Shown piece by piece: positions 1 to 9,075 of a stretch of DNA of 64,000 nt. The position numbers and the translations under genes were made by a program. The DNA is from Giardia intestinalis. Taxonomy: Eukaryota. Below the pieces are notes generated by a model that ran no database searches, had not been told where the DNA came from, and saw only the letters and a program-made list of their open reading frames with translations. The stretch is from assembly GCA_000002435.2 (NCBI GenBank), contig CM018791.1; one strand, 5' to 3'. The first letter of the stretch is position 1. Each line of letters opens with the position of its first letter.

Positions 1-290
1 AGGCTCTGTGATTTATAGTAAGGCATAACAGCAAAATAGCCAGCCCACTGCTTTTCGAAAAATGTATCCAAATAGGGCACGAGATACTTATTCCTGAGGC
101 TGCGGGCCATGAGAAGTTCCGCTTGAAAGGCTCGAGCCAACTCCTCTGTGGGTAAAGGAAGAACAAACTTCTTGACAACCACGGGCCCCGCTTCCTCCTG
201 CGTACTATCCACTGCAAGCATGATGACAGAACAGCGAGACCGCGCAATTTGCCCGAGAATCTCATAGCGATTGGAAAGGACGGGGTGCAT
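1..290 (-). CDS. Protein kinase (Nek-like), 5' part only. The ATG is at 290..288 and the gene runs off the window's left edge.
   Basis: Translating the minus strand by hand gives MHPVLSNRYEILGQIARSRCSVIMLAVDSTQEEAGPVVVKKF...ELLMARSLRNKYLVPYLDTF..., which matches kinase subdomains I-V (VAIK-like VVVKKF, C-helix E, HPN-like region). The upstream sequence is AT-rich (TTAAATTTTAAAAACAAATG). It was missing from the ORF track because it is truncated. Confidence 0.5.
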   Translation of the reverse strand, partial: MHPVLSNRYEILGQIARSRCSVIMLAVDSTQEEAGPVVVKKFVLPLPTEELARAFQAELLMARSLRNKYLVPYLDTFFEKQWAGYFAVMPYYKSQS

Positions 291-312
291 TTGTTTTTAA
301 AATTTAACAGTG

Positions 313-1782
313 CTATTTATCCAACCAACGTTTATAATGGCGTACCCCGTCGCACCCAACACGGTCCAGATACCACTCCCCACAAGAAAAATGCTCTCTA
401 TCACCCGTTATGTATTCATCCGTCTCTGGCTTTACCTGTTGGCGAAACCTGTCTTGAAGAAATTCTTGCACGAGCGGATCCTGGGATAGTCTGTGCATCA
501 GCAAGCGCTTGTTAGATTGTAACGACAGCCGAAGCATACCTTCTGATGGAGGGGCTGCAACGCGTTTGATTTTGAGGACACACGGCATCTGGTTGGGGTA
601 CACAGAGAACTTGAAAGCCAGAGATCCCATTCCTGATCCATATCCTGATGCATATATTAGATACTCGTCTTTGAGAGGCGTACGATAGTGTGTAGGGGAA
701 GCAGTTGCAACCTGACTGGCGGCAATGGCTTCTATGTGCTCCAGGATAGAGACGAGGGCCAAGAAAATGCTCCCCGTATATATGTTGCCTGTTTGACTCG
801 AAAGTTTGAGAGACGGCACACACCTCCGTTCACAGTCCTCTGATATAGAAGGATCGGCAAGACAGTTCTTACTGAGCACACTGAGCACGTTGCTATCTCT
901 TGATTGTATTGCTGCAAAGAGTTCATCTTCCTTATCAGACTCCAGATGCAGCGCGTGATAGAGCAGTGCGTGCATTTTCTTTGGAAGGGTGCAATATGGA
1001 GTATGAAAACATGCGAAGTCTGCGTCTAGAAAGAGTCTACGCTGCTGCTCATTACTCATTGCTGCTAGTAAATTGGCACGTAAGTAACACTCAATAGACG
1101 TTGCCCCGTGGACTACTGGAACTGGCGAGGCTATATGTGGCTTATAGAAGTCTGTGGTGTTTTCCCAATAACTATTGAATGATGCATCACACACTATACC
1201 ACTAGGATAATCCTTTACCAACAGCAGAGCGACAGCACCAGCCCCACCTGTAGGAATTGAAGCAATATCATTGTAAATTGAGATATCCGTTGTGACAACA
1301 ATTGCAGCCGGGTACTTGTTTGTTTCGTCGTCATACTTAGCTGCGGATAGCCATAAAGCAGCGTTTTCCAGAGCTAGGACACCGCCTAGACAAGCATTGA
1401 TTATATCGGCGCCTGTGGTTCTAACGGCACCCAGCATGTCCGCAAGGACCGACTTAATAGATTTAGCCTTGTCAACAGATGACTCGGTACCCACCTCAAG
1501 TCTACCTATAGTGACCTTTGAAAGAATATCTTGAGTAGCCTTATCATCAATCAAAAGTTGCAACGAATTCAGAGCTAAGGATACAGAGTCTTCGGAGTCG
1601 ACAGTAACTGCCATCTGATGCTGCCCAAGGCCTTTAGTTATCTTCTCTAAGGGAATCTTGCAAAGAGAAGAAACCTCCTCCTGAGACACTACTATTGGTG
1701 GGATGTACACGGCTATTGCAGCTATTCTTACTTCAGCCGGCGGTTGCAAAGGTGCATGTTCCACATGTGTATCCCTTGACAT
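313..1782 (-). CDS. Hydroxymethylglutaryl-CoA synthase (mevalonate pathway).
   Basis: Motifs IGRLEVGTESSVDKAKSIKS, NACLGGVLAL and GNIYTGSIFLAL match the HMG-CoA synthase catalytic-region signatures. The track ORF begins at a TTG (1824); the first ATG is at 1782 (MSRDTHVEH...). Confidence 0.8.
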   Translation of the reverse strand: MSRDTHVEHAPLQPPAEVRIAAIAVYIPPIVVSQEEVSSLCKIPLEKITKGLGQHQMAVTVDSEDSVSLALNSLQLLIDDKATQDILSKVTIGRLEVGTESSVDKAKSIKSVLADMLGAVRTTGADIINACLGGVLALENAALWLSAAKYDDETNKYPAAIVVTTDISIYNDIASIPTGGAGAVALLLVKDYPSGIVCDASFNSYWENTTDFYKPHIASPVPVVHGATSIECYLRANLLAAMSNEQQRRLFLDADFACFHTPYCTLPKKMHALLYHALHLESDKEDELFAAIQSRDSNVLSVLSKNCLADPSISEDCERRCVPSLKLSSQTGNIYTGSIFLALVSILEHIEAIAASQVATASPTHYRTPLKDEYLIYASGYGSGMGSLAFKFSVYPNQMPCVLKIKRVAAPPSEGMLRLSLQSNKRLLMHRLSQDPLVQEFLQDRFRQQVKPETDEYITGDREHFSCGEWYLDRVGCDGVRHYKRWLDK

Positions 1783-1870
1783 GACCTTGCTCCAAAAGCA
1801 ACAATTATTTACCCTACCGCGCAAACTTTAAGTGTGCGCACATTAATTGCTATTGCTCATCAGAGCTGTG

Positions 1871-4540
1871 CTACGAGACATCGCACAGACAGATGCTATT
1901 TTCCGCTATTGGCTCGGCGTATTCCATTACCTCAGACTCTATATATACCGCAAATGGTATTTTCAGGGAGCCTTCATCGATGGGTAAATCGTAGTCTGCG
2001 CCATTAGGTTCTACATCATAGCTTAAGTCCTTAATATAGTACGGAGGCATTGGTAGTGGTTGTTGACAAGTTGATGATAAGTTGTCCAGGGGAGCGGGGG
2101 CAGCAAGGGGCTCCTCCGCGCTCTCCTCGCACTCCGGGGTGGCGGCCCTCTGGTAGCTCTCGTCCTTCGCCGGGTCCAGGGGAGCGGGGGCAGCAAGGGG
2201 CTCCTCCGCGCTCTCCTCGCACTCCGGGGTGGCGGCCCTCTGGTAGCTCTCGTCCTTCGCCGGGTCCAGGGGAGCGGGGGCAGCAAGGGGCTCCTCCGCG
2301 CTCTCCTCGCACTCCGGGGTGGCGGCCCTCTGGTAGCTCTCGTCCTTCGCCGGGTCCAGGGGAGCGGGGGCAGCAAGGGGCTCCTCCGCGCTCTCCTCGC
2401 ACTCCGGGGTGGCGGCCCTCTGGTAGCTCTCGTCCTTCGCCGGGTCCAGGGGAGCGGGGGCAGCAAGGGGCTCCTCCGCGCTCTCCTCGCACTCCGGGGT
2501 GGCGGCCCTCTGGTAGCTATCTTCGCAGTATTTTGCAGCTAAGACAGAAGGCTCATCTCTGACCTGTTCAACTGTAGTAACAGTTTCTATAACCTCATAG
2601 CGGTTATAAATGTATTTATCATCAGTCTTTTCAGAAGGTGTTCCAGCCTGTCCTTCTGCTTCATACAAATCTCCCTCAGTAATAGGCGTTGGTTCCACCT
2701 TTGATGTAGCAGGCATGTGGTATGTGGTGTTTAATACTTGTCCATTCTCATCATAAATGGCTTTATCGCTAGCATTACTGTTCATCAATTCTGCTTCTTC
2801 TTCTCTTGAAATAATCTTTTTAAGAGGCATCGGCAAACTGCTTTCCCTGGTGGTCACTGGCTCTTCCTCACGCGCGAATAGAACAGGCTTTGTATTCGGT
2901 CGAGTATTAGTGGAATATCCAACTATACTCTTAGAAACATAGTTGGGTTCAATAATCGGATGTATGCTCTTGTCTGAATCTCCACAATAAAATTCTGGCA
3001 AGGGCTGGCAATAGGATTTGAAGCATGTCATAGAGCGTTTTTGGGTCATGCTGTCCCGATCATCTACCTGGTACGCTTCCCAGTCATCAGATGTAGGATA
3101 GACAGGCACTATCACCAAAGTTTTTCGTTGCTCGTTGACAAACTTTAAAATAGTGCCAAAGTCCAAAAGAGTGTCTTGCTCTGCTGTTATGGCATCCAAC
3201 AGCTGCTGAGGAGTCAGAAGAGGGACGGGAAGATCAGTAATATTAGTGTAACAGCCCTTTAGAGCATGAAGATGGGCATCCCAGCAGATTGGCAAATCAT
3301 CTCCAGCAAACACGGCATCAGCTTGTAACCCCAAAAGAAAGTAAAGGGATACGTCCTCATCGGACAAAGAGGACGTACGTGCTACACTGCTACATACCAG
3401 GTCACTGTCTAGAGGGCCTTGATCAACTCCATTCCGTGGGTGCTTCTGGTCGTACAGATCAAACAAGTCGCCAGTCTCATCACAGTTTATACATTGATCA
3501 TAGAAGATGTTAACAACTTCTTGTATCTCCGGAAGAGTCATCTCAGGCATAAACTTGAGAATCGCAAACACAAGTGCCGTTGTTTCCCGTGTATAGAAGC
3601 ACTCTTGTTTTAGATACATAAACCACGAATCCTCTGCCTTGTCTGATATTTTGATATTCGGGAGGCAGACAGGCTTGTCACAAAGAAACCTGCACGCGTT
3701 GGCAAGAGATGATAACTGAATGGTCAGCACTTTAAACTTAGTAAGAAGCTCAGTCAAGGCCTTTCTGCTGCCTTTCCCCGAACTCAGAAGAGCAGCCGTC
3801 TCATTCTTACAGATAATCCGCTCTTGAAGTAGCGTCCTAAAGAGTTTGCGGTATTCTAAAAGCGTATGCATCCTCTTTTGATACTCAACCGTGAGCGTAG
3901 AGCTTCTGTTGAGCTGAGAATACGCATAATCACGCTCTGAATAGGGGATTTCAAGAGCCTCCCACATACGAGTGAGTGATGCAACAGCATTGTGCGCCCT
4001 CAGAGCCATGGATGCCCCTTGGCCCGTCCTTGGCAAGAATTGGTTCCCACTTCGGGAGACAAGAGAGGTAGAGCCCCGATCCTTTGTCATGAACTTCTCT
4101 GACTTGTTGAGATTGTCTGTATCGTTATAGTATCGTGTCTGTGGGGAACAAATGCGTTCCAAATAAGGAGAATATTCCACCTGCTGCTCGGTAACAGACG
4201 CTTTTGGACTCCCGTGGCCATGCTTTGTAGATTTACGATAAGATTTGATGTCTGTATTTGGAGACTTTTGTAGTGGGCGGGTAATGGAGCGTGAGCGGAC
4301 ATTTGCCATGGTTGCCCCTTCTAGGTGCTTGCTCTGAATGCGGAGCATCTCTGCTTGCGACACACCTCGCTCCGTAGTCTTGGCCATCTCGACAATCCGG
4401 GCATTGTTCGGATTTGAAAAGAATGCCTTGAGGTGGGGGTCGCTTTCTGCATGGTATGACGGTGGTCTGTCACCAATTCTAGTGGTAAACTCTGGCTGCA
4501 ATCTTTCGCGTCGCGGTGCGCGGTGGTCAACAAAGCTCAT
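1871..4540 (-). CDS. Member A of a window-local paralogous family (uncharacterised conserved ~350-aa core), with five C-terminal 30-aa acidic/Pro-rich repeats.
   Basis: 889-aa ORF with a true ATG at 4540. Shared motifs with 26227-27714, 31739-34621 and 34606-36525: WEALEIPYSERDYAY, SSGKGSRKALTELLTKFKVLTIQLSSLANACRFLCDKPV, FLLGLQADAVFAGDDLPICWDAHLH, LPVPLLTPQQLLDAI, LVIVPVYP. Confidence 0.65.
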   Translation of the reverse strand: MSFVDHRAPRRERLQPEFTTRIGDRPPSYHAESDPHLKAFFSNPNNARIVEMAKTTERGVSQAEMLRIQSKHLEGATMANVRSRSITRPLQKSPNTDIKSYRKSTKHGHGSPKASVTEQQVEYSPYLERICSPQTRYYNDTDNLNKSEKFMTKDRGSTSLVSRSGNQFLPRTGQGASMALRAHNAVASLTRMWEALEIPYSERDYAYSQLNRSSTLTVEYQKRMHTLLEYRKLFRTLLQERIICKNETAALLSSGKGSRKALTELLTKFKVLTIQLSSLANACRFLCDKPVCLPNIKISDKAEDSWFMYLKQECFYTRETTALVFAILKFMPEMTLPEIQEVVNIFYDQCINCDETGDLFDLYDQKHPRNGVDQGPLDSDLVCSSVARTSSLSDEDVSLYFLLGLQADAVFAGDDLPICWDAHLHALKGCYTNITDLPVPLLTPQQLLDAITAEQDTLLDFGTILKFVNEQRKTLVIVPVYPTSDDWEAYQVDDRDSMTQKRSMTCFKSYCQPLPEFYCGDSDKSIHPIIEPNYVSKSIVGYSTNTRPNTKPVLFAREEEPVTTRESSLPMPLKKIISREEEAELMNSNASDKAIYDENGQVLNTTYHMPATSKVEPTPITEGDLYEAEGQAGTPSEKTDDKYIYNRYEVIETVTTVEQVRDEPSVLAAKYCEDSYQRAATPECEESAEEPLAAPAPLDPAKDESYQRAATPECEESAEEPLAAPAPLDPAKDESYQRAATPECEESAEEPLAAPAPLDPAKDESYQRAATPECEESAEEPLAAPAPLDPAKDESYQRAATPECEESAEEPLAAPAPLDNLSSTCQQPLPMPPYYIKDLSYDVEPNGADYDLPIDEGSLKIPFAVYIESEVMEYAEPIAENSICLCDVS
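2086..2517. repeat. Perfect tandem repeat, 90 bp x about 4.8 copies, in-frame inside CDS 1871..4540. It encodes ESYQRAATPECEESAEEPLAAPAPLDPAKD x5.
   Basis: CCAGG unit starts at 2086, 2176, 2266, 2356 and 2446. The copies are identical at the nucleotide level and diverge only at 2518. Confidence 0.95.
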
Positions 4541-4596
4541 GAATCTTAAAATCCTTATTGCAAAGCATTCTAAAAAGAATAATTATAGACAAATTA

Positions 4597-5235
4597 ATGG
4601 ATACTGCAAGAAAATTGCAAGAAAAGGTTGCTGAGCACGAACAAAAAGTCTTGATGATGAGTGGTTTCATGGGGTCTATTAATGCAGGCGATCTCTTCAC
4701 TAATGAGGAGATCGATACCATGGAGCCAAAGATGGCCCGACGCATTGTACGCCACATGTCTGCTTCTAATAAGACAGTCAGGCTTTGGTTCAAGCTGATT
4801 TTTACCGGACTGGAGCTCCTTCTCGCCTCTAATTATATTACTCTTTGCTCTTCTGCTCCAATATTTTCTAATCCCTCGCGCGTAACTCTTAAACTCTTTG
4901 GGGTTCACATACCTTCGTTTTTTATCTCAACAATCCCCTGGTTCACGCTTGCTGCTCAGCTGCTGGTTGCATTCTTTCTCATCTTTAACTCCCACAAACG
5001 CCAGCTGTTCTTCCTCCTCTATTTCACAACCGTCTTCTACGTATTGGCGGGTGTGCCTCTCCTCCTTCTTCATCTTCAAACTGATGAGCACGTCAGTCAA
5101 GTCTTCTTCTACGTCTGTGTCGCCGGGACTGTCATTAGCATACTCACTGAGAGGGCTTCATACAGAGCCGATCAGGGACTCTACGAACTTAAGCGAACAG
5201 TTATGGAAAGCAACAAGACGCGCTCTGAGAAGTGA
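4597..5235 (+). CDS. Hypothetical multi-pass membrane protein.
   Basis: ORF with hydrophobic helices (LWFKLIFTGLELLLAS, WFTLAAQLLVAFFLIF, FFLLYFTTVFYVLAGVPLLLL). The track start at 4558 is a TTG. The first ATG is at 4597 (AATTATAGACAAATTAATG, AT-rich). Confidence 0.4.
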   Translation: MDTARKLQEKVAEHEQKVLMMSGFMGSINAGDLFTNEEIDTMEPKMARRIVRHMSASNKTVRLWFKLIFTGLELLLASNYITLCSSAPIFSNPSRVTLKLFGVHIPSFFISTIPWFTLAAQLLVAFFLIFNSHKRQLFFLLYFTTVFYVLAGVPLLLLHLQTDEHVSQVFFYVCVAGTVISILTERASYRADQGLYELKRTVMESNKTRSEK

Positions 5236-5331
5236 TCTAATCCATATTCACTTCTATCTGTGTAAATGAGCTTTGCAACATGCACACTTTGATGCGACTT
5301 CGTGGCAACAGCAGAGGCGTGGCGCGTATCT

Positions 5332-6057
5332 TCAAGGATAGTCACCCGACTCGAGCGTGGTCACGCCTTCGTGAGCTATTTGTCGGGCACGGACCATGTC
5401 TACGCTCTCCGGCTGAGACGTCATGACAAGGAGCATGTCGGGATATTTGCGGACACAACTAAAGAGATCCTTGCAGGTATCTTCGTCCGCTATAACGGCG
5501 AAGTGAAGAGAGGTGTTTCCATTGATGCAGTAACGTGACAAATCTCTATGTAGATCGTCCAGGAGCTTATGCATACAGTACCCCAAATCAGTATACTTCC
5601 CTGATCGCTGGAGCCTAAGGTCCCGAGATGGTACCCAAACAGCGATGGCTAACTTCGCAGCGGATGGCTCTAGGCAACGGTAGAGATATGCGAGGACCAC
5701 TTCAAATGCTGTAGAGACCGTGGATAAAGCTCGCAGCGCCCTACAAAGCTCTGGTTTGTTCAATGCATGCTTGAAATCAGAAATCTTTCCTTCTTTTCCC
5801 TGGCAGCAATTGCAGCTTTTGTAAACGCCTATGGCATCATCAGTTATGCTTGCACTGTAGAAAACATCGCTCCGGCAGGAGATGCACTTAGCCAATTCAG
5901 GAACCATAGAAAGCATAAGCGGAGAGAAGGTGTACATAAGGTCGATGACGGTTTCTGCCTCTACAGTCTCTCCAACATAGACAGAGAGGTGCCAGGGCTC
6001 AGTGATCTTCCTGAGAAAAGCGTCGGAAGCCACCTCAGGTGCGTTGTCCCCCGACAT
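5332..6057 (-). CDS. Hypothetical Cys-containing protein (CISCRSD...KSCNCC), lying immediately downstream of the CenH3-like gene on the same strand.
   Basis: 241-aa ORF. The ATG is at 6057 (the track start 6060 is a TTG). No recognisable domain. Confidence 0.35.
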   Translation of the reverse strand: MSGDNAPEVASDAFLRKITEPWHLSVYVGETVEAETVIDLMYTFSPLMLSMVPELAKCISCRSDVFYSASITDDAIGVYKSCNCCQGKEGKISDFKHALNKPELCRALRALSTVSTAFEVVLAYLYRCLEPSAAKLAIAVWVPSRDLRLQRSGKYTDLGYCMHKLLDDLHRDLSRYCINGNTSLHFAVIADEDTCKDLFSCVRKYPDMLLVMTSQPESVDMVRARQIAHEGVTTLESGDYP

Positions 6058-6108
6058 CAATCGTTCAAATTTACAGGTCGAGTCAAAAGGTGGCAGAGGG
6101 GTGAGCAG

Positions 6109-6588
6109 CTACAGCATACTTCCATGAATGCCGTTCATCCATGGAGGACGCACTATTCTCATGTATATCTGTATATCTTTATCCATGATCGTGACGCGGT
6201 GGGCGTGGTTTGCCAGTATTTGGCAGTCTCCAAGCACCTGGGAAAGCATGGCTTCGGATGCTTCCTGCAATGCGCCGATTGCCTGGGCTTGGAAGCGAAT
6301 TTCGTTTCCTCCTGAGGGAAGTGAACACGTTATGTCACGTACAAGGCGTTGAAAGCAGGCGATGGGGATGACGCTAGTGACTCTGCGCTGCATGTTAGTG
6401 ATCTCTTTGCGAACCTGGGAGCCGGGTCGGGCACGTCTGGTGACGGCCTTTTCAGATTTCGATATAGCCTTGCGTGCGACGGTCTTCTTGGAAAGAATCG
6501 TCTTTCGAGGTGCATGTTGTCCTTTGCGTGCTGTATTGACGTGCACGCTCTTGCTGCGGTCCATAGCTGTGTTTTTGGTGCGAGCCAT
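6109..6588 (-). CDS. Divergent histone H3 variant, probably the centromeric histone CenH3.
   Basis: MARTK N-terminus. The histone fold [10 protein letters not shown]...[12 protein letters not shown]...[49 protein letters not shown] aligns with canonical H3 (RPGTVALREI...LPFQRLVREI...[49 protein letters not shown]). It has a longer, divergent N-tail and a 3-aa insertion in loop 1 ([12 protein letters not shown]), both CenH3 hallmarks. ATG at 6588. Confidence 0.7.
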   Translation of the reverse strand: [159 protein letters not shown]

Positions 6589-7078
6589 ATTTTTAAACCT
6601 TGATCATCCTAGGATGGTTAGTGTAACGTCTTGCTGATAGGGTATTCAGTGAAAATGGTGAAAGTAGATAGCAATCTTGCTTGTTCAGAGAAGATTGTGT
6701 TGAACTGTGGCCTAAGTAAGGGATGGACACGCCCTAGGAGGAAAAACAGCAGCTTTGGAAATTCTAAAATACCAAGGGAATCCTTTTCCATCGCAGGGCA
6801 GTAAGATTCTCTTCCTGTCGATCAGCAACGGATACACAAAGAGCGCAGAAGAATGGATTGATAGGAGTCGCCAGATTGTCTTAGCAAGCAGCTTTTGAGA
6901 AGCACTCAATGTAAATCATATGTTCAAAAAAGCAAATTAATTCCGCTTCTGATTTCATATAAATTTCAAGTCCACTGGCCTCTCCTGAGGCAGATGATGA
7001 CTTTGCGACGGGCGGACGGAGGGACGCGTGACGAAGTTTGTCGTATTCTGAATTCCTTCATTTAAAATTGGGCTTAAA

Positions 7079-7651
7079 ATGCATCATCTCCGCTTTTACC
7101 TGCCGCTCCAGCGTGTGGACGGCGGGTTCGCGTTCTTTGCTCCTGGCGGGGTCGGTCCAGTTCCTGCAGAGTTGCAGCATTACCCAACAGTCGTGGTATC
7201 AACGGATCCTTCAAATGAAAACCAACTGATACCCGTTGATAAAAAGGGCGTAAAGCTCACTTCTCAGGGCAAGAAGGAGACGGGCCGACGAAGGCGCTCA
7301 GGAAAGCCAGCTACAGATACCATCGAGCAACCTGTGCCAGCTACCGGCAACAGTGATGCGCACAGCACCATTGATGAATCCGAAGATGAAGTCTACATGG
7401 GAGACAACGCGAAAAGCAACAGAGCCCTTCTCGAAGCCCAGGCAGTCGCTCGTAGGCTGATAACGTTGACTAAAGAGATAGACGGCGGCCTTGTACAAGG
7501 AGAAGAGGCCACTGGACAGCGAAATGATCCAAAGGAGGGTCTTGTCATAACGGAGGCAGGGGCTGTCTATCTACCAAGTACTCAAGCATCGGCAGTAAGG
7601 GCTTGTACTCATACATACGGGCCCATGCTGTCTCGGGTCCTCATGTCTTAG
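7079..7651 (+). CDS. Hypothetical protein.
   Basis: 190-aa ORF with an ATG at 7079 after AT-rich TTAAAATG. No recognisable domain. Confidence 0.3.
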   Translation: MHHLRFYLPLQRVDGGFAFFAPGGVGPVPAELQHYPTVVVSTDPSNENQLIPVDKKGVKLTSQGKKETGRRRRSGKPATDTIEQPVPATGNSDAHSTIDESEDEVYMGDNAKSNRALLEAQAVARRLITLTKEIDGGLVQGEEATGQRNDPKEGLVITEAGAVYLPSTQASAVRACTHTYGPMLSRVLMS

Positions 7652-7679
7652 GCAGATCACAGTCTAACGAAGCATTGCC

Positions 7680-8996
7680 TTATGAATAGGAGCATGCAAG
7701 GCAAACGGTGTCATACCCTCCTCCCTTTAGGATTTTTGCACACCCACTACCAAACTGAGCTGCCTGTTTAGGTCGGGCGACCAACTCTGGTGGGACTCCC
7801 AATAGCCAGGCAGCATCCCTTAATATCTTTTTATTTCTGAGATACTCATATCTCTCTGACTCCATCAGATAGTTGAAGAAGGCAGCGACCATCGGCTCTA
7901 GGTACGGGTAAACTACTCGGGAGAATACCCCAGAATCCCTAGTGATATTCCTCTCAAATAGGTTTTGGCAGGCATGCTTGACTGAGAGTTTCCACGTGCA
8001 CGTGTCACCGTCCCGTAATGCTGCATACGCACCGCAATACTCGTCCGGGCCCAATCCGGACATGACAGGAACGTCGATCTCTGACCCATCGGCCCTCCTC
8101 GTCGAGTGAAATAGTATTGATCCTAAGTTTAGCATCATCACAGTTGGCGGGCAGGGGGCTATTAAGTCCCTTACTTGCTGTAGACTGCTTCTAAACTTTA
8201 CTTCAGGGATTGACATGCTCGTGATTTTTATGCGATCCGGACATGACTCGACAATCCTCTGTAGCCGCGGAGAGTCACATAGGGACCTAAATGCAACTGC
8301 ATCCTTAGCAAATTCAAAAAAGTTTATATTAAAAAGTTCTATTCTAGATTGACTTTTTTCTAAAATATGAGTTGCACAAATATATACTAGTAAGGTGGAG
8401 TCGATGCCGCCAGAAGCCAGTATACGGATCTCGGGATGTCTGCTCAGCTGATTAGATATGAGCTCCTTTAGAATTTCTAGGAACTTCATTACAAGGTTAT
8501 CACTGGGCTCAAAGTGCATCTCCATGGCTTGTGATAAGGACGGAACAACTTCAGTAAATGGTATGTACTTTTCTAGCGAAAGGTAGTGCTCAGTGCTCGT
8601 TAACACACTAAAGAATGTGTGCCCTGGAAGGATAAAAGCCAAATCCTTGAGCCCCACACATTTCTCTCGAAGATATATCCCAGATTTATTGTAACAGAGG
8701 ACTACTCTGGAATGATGGTCAGTCATAACTTCTATTCTTTGTTTCTCTCTGTCTAAAATGAGTATAAACATGGAAATACGTTCTACATTATATATAGGTT
8801 CATGACCAGGGCACAGTAGCATCTGCAGAGTCGGACTATCCGGTGCCTGTGCGAAAGTGGATATGCACTCACATCCAGCATAAGGCCCGACTGTAAGTGT
8901 ATGTGTGAATAATGTGAACGAGAGATTGTCAGCAATTTCAACAAGAAACTTTGGCTGAGCTTCCGGCGCGATTGGGGCCGCAAGGGTCACACTCAT
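7680..8996 (-). CDS. PP-loop ATP pyrophosphatase family protein (asparagine-synthase-like C-terminal domain). No glutamine amidotransferase domain is evident.
   Basis: The SGGxDS PP-loop motif is present (ILASGGIDSTLLVY) at about aa 190 of 438. ATG at 8996. Confidence 0.45.
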   Translation of the reverse strand: MSVTLAAPIAPEAQPKFLVEIADNLSFTLFTHTLTVGPYAGCECISTFAQAPDSPTLQMLLCPGHEPIYNVERISMFILILDREKQRIEVMTDHHSRVVLCYNKSGIYLREKCVGLKDLAFILPGHTFFSVLTSTEHYLSLEKYIPFTEVVPSLSQAMEMHFEPSDNLVMKFLEILKELISNQLSRHPEIRILASGGIDSTLLVYICATHILEKSQSRIELFNINFFEFAKDAVAFRSLCDSPRLQRIVESCPDRIKITSMSIPEVKFRSSLQQVRDLIAPCPPTVMMLNLGSILFHSTRRADGSEIDVPVMSGLGPDEYCGAYAALRDGDTCTWKLSVKHACQNLFERNITRDSGVFSRVVYPYLEPMVAAFFNYLMESERYEYLRNKKILRDAAWLLGVPPELVARPKQAAQFGSGCAKILKGGGYDTVCLACSYS

Positions 8997-9075
8997 TGGT
9001 CAGCACAATTTTAGCTTTAGTCCTTTCAGAGTTTTGGTTTTAAAGAAGCGTGCTTCGCTTGCTCTGATTTACTCA

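Noticed and set aside
2023-2562. Three overlapping 147-170-aa ORFs (2023-2466 -, 2031-2492 -, 2050-2562 +) with repetitive Arg/Pro/Gly-rich translations.
   Set aside because: They are the alternative frames and strands of the 90-bp tandem repeat inside CDS 1871-4540. The repeat makes them periodic and stop-free artefacts.
5767-6315. A 182-aa plus-strand ORF overlapping two minus-strand genes.
   Set aside because: It is antisense to the better-supported hypothetical gene and the CenH3-like gene, with no features of its own. The same holds for the antisense ORFs 20343-20876, 46343-46744, 49926-50489, 53707-54372, 57632-58177 and 17363-17841.
7680-8996. Considered calling this gene GMP synthase or asparagine synthetase outright.
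   Set aside because: Only the SGGxDS PP-loop and a general asparagine-synthase-like C-terminal arrangement are visible. No glutamine-amidotransferase catalytic Cys/His region was found, so it is left at family level.
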